Positions 30,183-38,859 of a stretch of 51,105 nucleotides of DNA are shown one piece after another. The translations under genes were made by a program, and so were the position numbers. Below the pieces are notes generated by a model. That model made no database searches. It saw only the letters and a list, made by a program, of their open reading frames with translations, and had not been told where the DNA came from. Numbering within the stretch: the first letter of the stretch is position 1; every line of letters begins with the position of its first letter. The stretch comes from Sphaerochaetaceae bacterium (GTDB lineage Bacteria > Bacteroidota > Bacteroidia > Bacteroidales > Bacteroidaceae): NCBI GenBank assembly GCA_963660455.1, contig CAVKZC010000001.1, positions 1 through 51,105 on the forward strand, in the 5' to 3' direction.

Positions 30183-31016
30183 CTACTTGTCGCCCTGGGG
30201 CAAGGGATAGTTGTAGCGGTCGAAGTAGACGGGCGTCGAATGGTTGTACCACACCCCCTCCACATTGATGCCGATGGTGAAGTTCTTGTTCACATTATAC
30301 CTTACGCCGGCTCCCAGCACATTGGCACCCGCCGCGCCCATGCCGTAGCCCAGAGGCATCGTACCGCCCAGTCCCCACATGCCCGGCACACCATAGCCAT
30401 AGCCGTATCCGTACGCACCGCATCCGGCATAGCGGCTATAGCGGCTGTTATAGTTGTTGCTGAGACTCAGTTGGCCGTAGGCGTATGCCTCCCAGTGCTC
30501 GTCAAAACGATAGCCCACGATGGCATACAACCCCGCATCGCGGTAGCTGTCTCCGCCCCACAACGTGTTGTTCAGATACCCGCCGCCCGCTATCCACAAC
30601 TTTCCGTCGCGCGTGAGCGGCGCAAGGTACGTGGCATTGATGGTCTGCGAGAAACCGCCCTTGTGGGGCAGTCCCTTGCCGGAGGTGACGAAGGCAGAGG
30701 CACCGAGCTGAACATTCAGTCCCCGGTGCAGGCCATAGCCATAGCCGTAAGCGGGGGCATAGAAAGGTGCGGCCTGCGTAAGTCCCGTATCGTGCACGGC
30801 AGATGCAGGAGCACTGCCCACCGAATATTTCATGTTCTTCACCGGCTTGCCCTGGTAAACCATCTTCTGGTCTTGCTGCACCACGGTGTCACCGGGCAGC
30901 AGCCATTCCTCCCTCATGTTGTCGGGACTGTGCAGCGGTCCCATCCTCACTTCCTGCGCCTGCGCCGTCTGCAAGGCGGCAAGCAGCACACTGGCATATA
31001 CGATGTATCTTTTCAT
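30183..31016 (-). CDS. Exported hypothetical protein, probable small beta-barrel with Gly/Tyr-rich loops (start likely MKRYIV, 31016)
   Basis: Signal peptide ending AQA-Q; alternating beta-strand pattern; -7 box TAATTTTG at 31063-31056. Confidence 0.65.
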   Translation of the reverse strand: MKRYIVYASVLLAALQTAQAQEVRMGPLHSPDNMREEWLLPGDTVVQQDQKMVYQGKPVKNMKYSVGSAPASAVHDTGLTQAAPFYAPAYGYGYGLHRGLNVQLGASAFVTSGKGLPHKGGFSQTINATYLAPLTRDGKLWIAGGGYLNNTLWGGDSYRDAGLYAIVGYRFDEHWEAYAYGQLSLSNNYNSRYSRYAGCGAYGYGYGYGVPGMWGLGGTMPLGYGMGAAGANVLGAGVRYNVNKNFTIGINVEGVWYNHSTPVYFDRYNYPLPQGDK

Positions 31017-31196
31017 TTTTCTCTTCTCTTTCTTGTCGTCTTTAATAGCAACATACAAAATTACTGCTTTTCCGTCAAAAGCGTTAAGCACGGTGTCACA
31101 AATAACAATATATAGCAATGTTTTGGTGATGATAACAAATTCTTCGCGGAATATTGGCCGATTGACAAAATAGTTGTACTTTTGCATCAAAAAAAG

Positions 31197-31958
31197 ATGA
31201 CCAAGCAATTGTTACTAATGGCCGCATGGGCCATATTCTCTTCATCCCCCTCCCTTGCCCAGGACAAGGGACAGACTACGGCAGCCACCGCTCCTGTTGC
31301 CACGACAAGCATAGACACGGCAGGCGTACATCAGGACACCACCTGTCACGAGGTGTTACTGCAAACCACCATGGGCAACATCCGCGTGGCACTGTACAAC
31401 GACACGCCACTCCACCGCGACAACTTCCTGAAGTGGGTGCGCACGGGCTATTACGACGGCTGCATCTTCCAGCGCGTCATCAAAGACTTCATGATACAGG
31501 GCGGCGACCCCGGCTCGCGTAAAGTGACACCGGGCAAGGAGGAACGTTTCGACACCGCCTACACCGTCCCCGCAGAGATACGTTACCCCAAGTACTACCA
31601 CAAACGAGGACAGCTCTGCGCCGCACGCGAGGGCGACGACATCAATCCGCAGCGTGCCTCTGCCCCCTGCGATTTCTACATTACCTGGGGGCGCAACTAT
31701 ACGCCGCGCCAGATGGAGTATACCGTGGAGAAGATGCAGCGCGAACAGAAGTGGTATGCCGTGCCTGGTCCGCAGGTGCAGGCAGGATACATCAAGTATG
31801 GCGGGGTGCCCCACCTCGACAAGGGCTACACCGTCTTCGGTGAGGTGCTTGAGGGCATGGATGTGGTAGACCGCATACAGCAGGTTCCTACCGACCACAA
31901 CAACAACGACCGTCCCCTCGAGGATGTCGTCATCCTCAAGGCCACGGTCGTGAAATGA
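31197..31958 (+). CDS. Exported cyclophilin-type peptidyl-prolyl isomerase
   Basis: TPLHRDNF, FQRVIKDFMIQGGD, HLDKGYTVFGEV..GMDVV; -7 box TACTTTTG at 31177-31184. Confidence 0.93.
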   Translation: MTKQLLLMAAWAIFSSSPSLAQDKGQTTAATAPVATTSIDTAGVHQDTTCHEVLLQTTMGNIRVALYNDTPLHRDNFLKWVRTGYYDGCIFQRVIKDFMIQGGDPGSRKVTPGKEERFDTAYTVPAEIRYPKYYHKRGQLCAAREGDDINPQRASAPCDFYITWGRNYTPRQMEYTVEKMQREQKWYAVPGPQVQAGYIKYGGVPHLDKGYTVFGEVLEGMDVVDRIQQVPTDHNNNDRPLEDVVILKATVVK

Positions 31959-32145
31959 CACGGTCAGGGCGCGTGGCGACAACTTTCATGGTCACGAAGC
32001 CAATAACCGATTTGGTCTGCCACCACCTCTTCCTCGCAGGCAGGATAACCTTCACTGCGTAGTTTATTCCATGCAGTTTATACAAGAGCTGTATTCCGTC
32101 AACCTCAGTATTGAAGGCGACCTCACCCATCATATTCTTCTAAAG

Positions 32146-32195
32146 GTAACTACTCAGGTGGGTGCAATGATGCTTGCACCCACCTGAGTAGTTAC
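32146..32195. repeat. Perfect inverted repeat, 22-bp arms and 6-nt loop
   Basis: GTAACTACTCAGGTGGGTGCAA-TGATGC-TTGCACCCACCTGAGTAGTTAC. Confidence 0.9.
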
Positions 32196-32314
32196 ATAGG
32201 GATGGTCTTGGCAAAGGAAGGTCCTGTGATACTCTATCGTCTGAGAAAGAAGGAGTAGGCTTTAGCGGTAAAGGCAGCTAGCCTCCAGAGTGTGAAAGCT
32301 TACCTTCTGTGGCG

Positions 32315-32398
32315 TGCTGACTATGCTCAGCAGTTCTGCCAAGCCAAGTCAGCAGACCTGTCGACTATAGTCAGCAACTCTGCTGAGCGTAGTGGGCA
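32315..32398. repeat. Tandem array of 4 degenerate 18-bp palindromes (consensus TGCTGACTATAGTCAGCA), period 22
   Basis: Units start at 32315, 32337, 32359 and 32381 with 4-nt spacers. Confidence 0.8.
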
Positions 32399-32407
32399 TA
32401 CCGTATC

Positions 32408-32530
32408 ATCGTACAATTTCCACCTTCCAAGTTGTACAACCATGCACCCTTATGTCGTACGACTGTTCACTCTATAGTTGTATGGTTTGGAAGCCACAGT
32501 CGTACGACTTGAGGGCTATAGTTGTACGAC
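32408..32530. repeat. Array of 6 degenerate 10-bp palindromes (GTYGTACRAC), period 22-23
   Basis: Units start at 32408, 32431, 32454, 32477, 32499 and 32521. Confidence 0.8.
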
Positions 32531-32674
32531 TATAGGTGCAATGAGAACAGAGGGAACAGATTAGAAAAATCCCCGGGACCCTTGTTGTCTAAGTTGTCGG
32601 TTCGGACACCACAAAAGGCCGATTGCCACAAGGGGTTAACGTGCGCCCCTGAAGGGCGCAAGCAACCGTACAGG

Positions 32675-33850
32675 TCAGTTTTGCTTTACGGCATCTGCCA
32701 ATTGGGAGAGGGCCTGCTCCAGCACGCTCCTAGGGGCTGCCACGTTAAGGCGCATGAAGCCTTCGCCGCCAGGGCCGAACATCTCGCCGTCGTTGAGAGC
32801 AAGGTGTGCCTTGTCTATGAAAAGGTCGAGCAGGGCTTCGTGGGAGAGATGCAGGTCACGGCAGTTGAGCCAAACGAGGAATGAAGCCTGCGGGCGCAAC
32901 GGGCGCACACCGGATATATGCTCACGGCAGTAGTCTTCGACAAAGAGGATGTTCTTCTCCACATAGGCGAGCATCTGCCTGCGCCATTCCTCGCCCTGGC
33001 GGAACGCTGCCATGGTGGCAATGGGTGCAAAGAGCGTCGGCTCGTCCAGTTCGTTGGCTGTAAGCCATGTATAGAACTTGTGGCGTATCTCGGCATTGGG
33101 GACAATGGCATAGCTGCTCACGATGCCAGCAATGTTGAACGTCTTGCTGGGTGCCTGGAATGTGATGCTGATGTCGCGTGCCTTGTCTGATACCGAGGCG
33201 AAGGGGATGTGCTTGTGGCCGAAGAGTGCCATGTCGGCGTGTATCTCGTCGCTCACCACGAGGAGGCCGTGCTCATAGCAGAAGTCGGCAAGGCGCTGCA
33301 GCGTTTCGCGGCTCCAGGTAATGCCCCCGGGGTTGTGGGGATTGCAGAGGATGAGTACCTTGCACTTGTCGTCGCACACCTGCTCCAGGTTGTCGAAATC
33401 CATGTCGTAGTATCCGTCGCTGCGCATCTTCAGCGGATTGGACACCACCTCCCTGCCGTTGCCCTCGGGTGTGAGGCGGAAAGGATGGTAGACGGGTGGC
33501 TGGATGATGACTTTTTCGTCGGGACGGGTGAAGACGTTGACGACGAGTCCGATGCCCTTCACAATGCCGGGAATAAACCTGACCCAGCTGCGTTTTACCG
33601 TCCACTGGTGGTGGCTTTCCACCCAGTCGATGATGCTCGGCAGATAGTCGTCCGGTTCCATGGTATAACCGAAGAGTGAATGGTCGAGACGTTTTCTGAG
33701 TGCCTCGGTTATAAACTGTGGTGTCTCAAAATCCATGTCTGCCACCCACAGGGGCAGAAGGTCGTCCCTACCCCATCGCGGCAACAAGGCTCCGTGCTTG
33801 AGGTCGTCGGTTCCCGACCGGTCTATTATCTTGTCAAAATCGTATTGCAT
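32675..33850 (-). CDS. MalY/PatB family PLP-dependent C-S lyase (cystathionine beta-lyase-like)
   Basis: LPLWVADMDF, LCNPHNP, SDEIHAD, APSKTFN (PLP lysine). Confidence 0.92.
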   Translation of the reverse strand: MQYDFDKIIDRSGTDDLKHGALLPRWGRDDLLPLWVADMDFETPQFITEALRKRLDHSLFGYTMEPDDYLPSIIDWVESHHQWTVKRSWVRFIPGIVKGIGLVVNVFTRPDEKVIIQPPVYHPFRLTPEGNGREVVSNPLKMRSDGYYDMDFDNLEQVCDDKCKVLILCNPHNPGGITWSRETLQRLADFCYEHGLLVVSDEIHADMALFGHKHIPFASVSDKARDISITFQAPSKTFNIAGIVSSYAIVPNAEIRHKFYTWLTANELDEPTLFAPIATMAAFRQGEEWRRQMLAYVEKNILFVEDYCREHISGVRPLRPQASFLVWLNCRDLHLSHEALLDLFIDKAHLALNDGEMFGPGGEGFMRLNVAAPRSVLEQALSQLADAVKQN

Positions 33851-33905
33851 AGTTTTTTACTTTTCAGTTTAAGTATTGAAGTTAAGACTACGGTGTTCGG
33901 GCGTA

Positions 33906-33929
33906 TTTACCTTTTTACCTTTTTACCTT
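33906..33929. repeat. (TTTACCTT)x3 tandem octamer
   Basis: Three perfect copies abutting the stop codon of the MetY-like gene. Confidence 0.8.
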
Positions 33930-35107
33930 TAACAAAGCGCCTGCTTGATGTCGTCGAACAAGTCTTCGACATCTTCCAGTCCGACACTGATTCTTATCGT
34001 GGTGTCGAGCACATCCATGGCGGCACGCTCGCTATCGCTGAACCCGCCGAAGATGGTGCTGGCAGGATGAATGGCAAGTGTACGGTTGTCAAAGAGATTG
34101 GTGGCGCGGTGAATCAGCTTGAGGCGGTCGATGAAGGAGAAGCACGCCTCCTTGTCGGCCAGGTCTATGCAGACCATGGCACCTGCCGTCTTGCCGAACT
34201 GTCTCTGTGCCAGGCCGTGATAGGGATTGTCTTCCAAGCCTACGTAGTTTACTTTTTTTATTTGCGGCAACGTGCAGAGCAAGCGCGCCAACTGCAGGGC
34301 ATTGGAGCTTTGCACCCTATAGCGGGCATCGAGTGTCTCCAGTCCGATGGTCTGCATGTACGCCACCTGCGGAGTCATGTATGCACCGAAGTTGAACAAC
34401 TGCTCGCCATAGAGGCGGCCTGCAAACTCCTTGGCGTAGCCGGTACCATAGTCTATCACCACACCGCCGAGCGACGTGGCGCCTCCGCTCACATACTTGC
34501 TGCTCGACACCACCTCGATGTCCACACCCAGACTTTGGGCCGAGAAATGTGTGAAGGGGATGGTGGTAGTGTCTGCCACAAGGGGGATGCCATGCCCGTG
34601 GGCCACGGAGGCAAGGGCCTGGAGGTCGGCCACCTCCATCTGGGGGTTGGTGATGATTTCCAGGTAGATGCAGCAGGTGTTGCAGTCTACGGCTGCCTTT
34701 ACCTGCTCTATGTCGGTAAGGTCGCACAGGTGCACCTCTACGCCAAAACGCTTCAGGCTCGTTACCAGGAGCGCATAGGTGTTGCCGAAGAGGTGGCGCG
34801 ACGTGACGATGTTCTTGCCCTGCGCCGCAAGCGCCAGAATGGTGTTGCTGATGGCAGCCATGCCCGAGTTGAAAGCTGTGGCCTTGGCAGCGCCCGTAAG
34901 GGCCGCCACACGGCGCTCGAAGTTGGTAACAGTGGGGTTCTCCACACGCGAATAGTCGGGAGCGGATATCCGGTCGGTGAAAGCATCGGCCATGGTCTTG
35001 GCATTGTCAAATTCGTATGCCAGCGTGTTGTATACAGGCACACTGAGTGCATCATAGGCATCGCGGCGGGCGTATGCCAGGTGTACGGCACGTGTTTGTT
35101 TCTTCAT
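33929..35107 (-). CDS. Cys/Met metabolism PLP enzyme (O-acetylhomoserine sulfhydrylase, MetY/MetZ-like)
   Basis: YSRVENPT, SGMAAI, SSSKYVSG, IHPAST, IRISVGLED. Confidence 0.88.
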   Translation of the reverse strand: MKKQTRAVHLAYARRDAYDALSVPVYNTLAYEFDNAKTMADAFTDRISAPDYSRVENPTVTNFERRVAALTGAAKATAFNSGMAAISNTILALAAQGKNIVTSRHLFGNTYALLVTSLKRFGVEVHLCDLTDIEQVKAAVDCNTCCIYLEIITNPQMEVADLQALASVAHGHGIPLVADTTTIPFTHFSAQSLGVDIEVVSSSKYVSGGATSLGGVVIDYGTGYAKEFAGRLYGEQLFNFGAYMTPQVAYMQTIGLETLDARYRVQSSNALQLARLLCTLPQIKKVNYVGLEDNPYHGLAQRQFGKTAGAMVCIDLADKEACFSFIDRLKLIHRATNLFDNRTLAIHPASTIFGGFSDSERAAMDVLDTTIRISVGLEDVEDLFDDIKQALC

Positions 35108-35276
35108 TGTTTCTTGTCGTTTCTTTACATTGCCTATTTTTCCTTGCCGGAAAGGGGGTTAAGCAAAGAAAAACGGGGATATTGGCTGCAAAATTACTAA
35201 AAAAATGCGAGATAGAAATAGCATAAGTTTGGTATTTCTAAAATAAAACGCCCACTTTTACGTTTATATAGGTACA

Positions 35277-37673
35277 ATGAGACAAAGAATACACATCATA
35301 ACCGTAATGCTGGCAGTGTCGCTGGAGGCTGCCGCCCAGAGTTTTACCCTGCAGGGAAGGGTTACCGACCAGGACATGAACCCCATCGAACTGGCTACCG
35401 TGGCAGTGGTGAAGCAGGGGAAAGTGACGTTTACATCGCTCAAGGGCGAGTTTTCCATGCAACTGGCCTCTGCCGACAGCGTGGCGGTAAGATTCTCCAT
35501 GATAGGCTACAAGAGCAAGACGCGCGTGCTGCGCCGCCCCCGAGGCAAGCAGACGCTGCAGGTGGTACTCTACGCCGAGAGCAACACGATAGACGAGGTG
35601 CAGGTAACGGGCGAGAAGATACAGACCGGGCAGACCCAGGAACTGAAGACCAAGGATGCACAGATGGCTCCTTCGGCCAACGGCAATGCCGTGGAGAGCC
35701 TCATACAGCAACAGGCTGGCGTAAGCACCCACAACGAACTTTCGTCGCAGTACAACGTGAGGGGCGGTGCCTTCGACGAGAACTCCGTATATATTAATAA
35801 TGTGGAGATATTCCGTCCCTTCCTCGTGCGTAGCGGACAGCAGGAGGGTCTCTCCGTCATCAATCCCTATATGGTGGACAAGATAGGCTTCTCTACGGGT
35901 GGCTACGCTGCCAAGTATGGCGACAAGATGAGTTCGGCCCTCGATATCACCTACAAGACGCTACACCCCAAGGGCGGCAAGAAGACAACGGTAGAGGGCA
36001 GTGTGGCTGCCAGTCTGCTGGGCGCCGATGCATACCTGGGCATTGGTACCAAGAAACTGTCGTGGCTGAACAGCGTACGCTACAAGACGACGTCTTACCT
36101 GCTCGGGTCGCTGGAGACTAAGGGCGAATACAGTCCCAAGTACCTGGATTACCAGACCTACCTGAGCTATACCCCCAACAAGCGGTGGCAGATAGACTTC
36201 ATAGGTTATATCTCGGACAACCACTATGACTTCACACCGCACGACCGCGAGACGACCTTCGGAACGGCACAAAACGTGAAGAGCTTCAGGGTGTATTTCG
36301 ACGGACACGAGAAGGACCGCTTCATCACCTATTTCGGCACAGCGGGCATCACACGCCACATCACCGACAAGACGAGCATCTCGCTCCTGGGCAGTGCGTT
36401 CTATACTAAGGAACAGGAAAAGTATGACATACAAAGCCAATACTGGCTCAACCAGACCGGCAACAGCAACAGTCTCTCCGTGGGCACCTACTTTGAGCAT
36501 GCACGCAACTATCTGTCGGCACGGGTGCTCAGCGCAAAACTGCTGCTGAAGCACAAGGCCAAGAAGCACGACGTGGAGGCGGCACTCACGTTCAAGAAAG
36601 AGCATATAGAGGAAAACTCCGTGGAGTATGAGATGCGCGACTCGGCTGGGTACAGCGTGCCACACACGGGCAACGACCTCTACCTCATCTATTCGCTCAA
36701 GGCACGCAACACACTCGATGCCAACCGCATTGAGGCATACATACAGGACACGTACCGCTTTGCAAGCAAGGGCGGACACACCCACTTCACACTCAACTAT
36801 GGTGTGCGCCTGAGCCAGTGGAGCTTCAACAAGGAGACCATACTCAGTCCGCGCGTCTCGCTGGGCATCATACCGGCCTACAGCGAGAAAACGACCTTCC
36901 GGTTGGCTGCCGGACTCTATTACCAGGCTCCCTTCTTCAAGGAACTGCGTGACACCTCTACCGTTGACGGCATCACCGTGGTATCGCTCAACAAGAAGAT
37001 CAAAAGTCAGCGAAGCATCCACTTCATTGCCGGCTACGACTACAGGTTCAACATGGGCAACCAGCGCTTCCGCTTTACGGCTGAGGCTTACTATAAGGCG
37101 CTCTCCAACCTCGTGCCCTACTCGGTCAACAATGTTAAGGTAACATACTACGGCAACAACGAGGCAAGCGGACATGCCGCCGGTCTCGACCTCAAACTGT
37201 ACGGTGAGTTTGTGCCGGGCACAGACTCGTGGATAAGCTTGTCGGTCATGGACACAAAGATGAAACTGGGCGGCAACAGCATCCCCCTGCCCACCGACCA
37301 GCGTTATGCCGTCAACCTGTTCTTTACCGACTATTTCCCGGGGAGCGAACGCTGGCGTATGTCGCTGAAGCTTGCCTTTGCCGACGGACTGCCCTTCTCT
37401 GCCCCCCACCGCGAACTGGAGACAAACACCTTCCGTGCCACCTCCTACCGCCGCGCGGACATCGGCATGAGCTATCTGCTCTACGACAACACGAAACGTA
37501 CCCGCAAGTCGTTCCTCAAAGACATCTGGCTCGGCGTGGACTGCCTCAACCTCTTCGGCATCAACAACGTGAACAGCTACTACTGGGTCACCGACGTGAG
37601 CGACCGCCAGTATGCCGTGCCCAACTACCTTACGGGCAGACAGATCAACGGGCGCATCCTCATCGAGTTCTAA
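35277..37673 (+). CDS. TonB-dependent receptor with N-terminal carboxypeptidase-regulatory-like domain
   Basis: Signal peptide, QGRVTD...FSMIGY domain, plug (YNVRGG, FSTGGY.AKYGDKMSS), barrel ending in Phe. Confidence 0.9.
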   Translation: MRQRIHIITVMLAVSLEAAAQSFTLQGRVTDQDMNPIELATVAVVKQGKVTFTSLKGEFSMQLASADSVAVRFSMIGYKSKTRVLRRPRGKQTLQVVLYAESNTIDEVQVTGEKIQTGQTQELKTKDAQMAPSANGNAVESLIQQQAGVSTHNELSSQYNVRGGAFDENSVYINNVEIFRPFLVRSGQQEGLSVINPYMVDKIGFSTGGYAAKYGDKMSSALDITYKTLHPKGGKKTTVEGSVAASLLGADAYLGIGTKKLSWLNSVRYKTTSYLLGSLETKGEYSPKYLDYQTYLSYTPNKRWQIDFIGYISDNHYDFTPHDRETTFGTAQNVKSFRVYFDGHEKDRFITYFGTAGITRHITDKTSISLLGSAFYTKEQEKYDIQSQYWLNQTGNSNSLSVGTYFEHARNYLSARVLSAKLLLKHKAKKHDVEAALTFKKEHIEENSVEYEMRDSAGYSVPHTGNDLYLIYSLKARNTLDANRIEAYIQDTYRFASKGGHTHFTLNYGVRLSQWSFNKETILSPRVSLGIIPAYSEKTTFRLAAGLYYQAPFFKELRDTSTVDGITVVSLNKKIKSQRSIHFIAGYDYRFNMGNQRFRFTAEAYYKALSNLVPYSVNNVKVTYYGNNEASGHAAGLDLKLYGEFVPGTDSWISLSVMDTKMKLGGNSIPLPTDQRYAVNLFFTDYFPGSERWRMSLKLAFADGLPFSAPHRELETNTFRATSYRRADIGMSYLLYDNTKRTRKSFLKDIWLGVDCLNLFGINNVNSYYWVTDVSDRQYAVPNYLTGRQINGRILIEF

Positions 37674-37695
37674 AACACGAGTTGTTAGGAATATG

Positions 37696-37839
37696 GGGGA
37701 GTTAAGAGAAGTTAGAGGGATGTTAAGGAGGAGTTAAGGGACAACAGCCCTACTTACTTATGACAAGATTCCAATAAGAAAGGTATTGTCCCTTAACTTC
37801 ACAGCTCTCGTAGAGAGCGATAACTTCTCTTAACTCCCC
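37696..37839. repeat. Nested inverted-repeat element (GAGTTAAG-type) between convergent genes
   Basis: 19-bp perfect arms 37696-37714/37821-37839; inner 13-bp arms 37732-37744/37786-37798. Confidence 0.8.
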
Positions 37840-37885
37840 TTAACTTCCCAACTTTTGGTACTTCGGAAAGCTGAACTCAGCCTTC

Positions 37886-38842
37886 CTAATTTACGACATT
37901 TATCGGTTTGCCTGCTATGAAAGCCTTCACATTCTCTGCCACCTGACGGTTGAGGCGGGTGCGTGCCTCGAGAGTGGCCCACGCTATATGTGGCGTGATG
38001 AAGGCATTCGGCTCACGCATCAGTCTGCTCTCGGTAGACGGTGGCTCCTGCGTCATCACGTCGGCACAATAGGCAGCCAGGTGGCGTGAGTGCAAAGCAT
38101 CAGCCACGGCATCCTCGTCTACCAAGCCGCCGCGCCCCGTATTGACGAGAATGGCTCCCGGTTTCATCATCTGCAGCGTATCGGCATTGACAAAACGCTC
38201 CGTATCAGCATCGAGAGGACAATGAAGCGACAGAATGTCCGACACGGCAAAGAGACCGTTACGGCTTACCTTCGTTATCCATTCGGGCAGGTCGCTTGCA
38301 TTCTTGCTGGTGCAGGCATAGACATCCATTCCGAAGTCCTTGGCCAGCAAAGCCACCTTCCGGCCGATGTTGCCAAGTCCCATGATGCCGAAACTCTTGC
38401 CTGCCAGTTCCATGAGCGGTGTGTCCCAGTAGCAGAAGTCCTTGTTGTATGCCCAGCGGTCGTTGTGGACCTCGGCGGCATAATGCTCCACACGGTTAGT
38501 GACGGCGAGGATGAGCGCAAAGGTCATCTGCGCCACACTGTCAGTACTGTAGGCGGGCACATTGGTAACGACGATGCCTTGTTGACGGGCAACCTCAACG
38601 TCCACTACGTTGTATCCCGTGGCCTGCATGCCGATATACTTGAGGCGCGGCAGACTACGCAAGGTCTGTGCATCCATCTCAACCTTGTTGAGAAGAATGA
38701 TGTCTGCATCCTTGGCACGCTCCACCTTTTCCTCGTCTGAGGTGCGGCTATAGACGGTCACGTTGCCAAGCTGCTCCAGGAGATGGTAGTCCAAGTCGCC
38801 GGGATTGGCAGCGTAGCCGTCCAGTATTACTATATTCATCAT
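37886..38842 (-). CDS. D-2-hydroxyacid dehydrogenase (glycerate dehydrogenase-like; start MMNIVILDG)
   Basis: GIMGLGNIG Rossmann motif, SLHCPL, NTGRG, TPHIAW. Confidence 0.92.
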   Translation of the reverse strand: MMNIVILDGYAANPGDLDYHLLEQLGNVTVYSRTSDEEKVERAKDADIILLNKVEMDAQTLRSLPRLKYIGMQATGYNVVDVEVARQQGIVVTNVPAYSTDSVAQMTFALILAVTNRVEHYAAEVHNDRWAYNKDFCYWDTPLMELAGKSFGIMGLGNIGRKVALLAKDFGMDVYACTSKNASDLPEWITKVSRNGLFAVSDILSLHCPLDADTERFVNADTLQMMKPGAILVNTGRGGLVDEDAVADALHSRHLAAYCADVMTQEPPSTESRLMREPNAFITPHIAWATLEARTRLNRQVAENVKAFIAGKPINVVN

Positions 38843-38859
38843 ATTCGGATAGGTGATGA

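Noticed and set aside
32292..32477. 61-aa ORF across the palindromic arrays
   Set aside because: The repeat period (22-23) is not a multiple of 3, the start is GTG without an A-rich context, and the peptide has no recognisable motif
32315..32530. CRISPR array
   Set aside because: Units are 10-18 bp and degenerate, spacers are 4-13 nt, and there are no cas genes in the window
35108..35196. SAM riboswitch upstream of the MetY-like gene
   Set aside because: A -7 box (35196-35189) and one hairpin are present, but I could not recognise SAM-I or SAM-II consensus nucleotides
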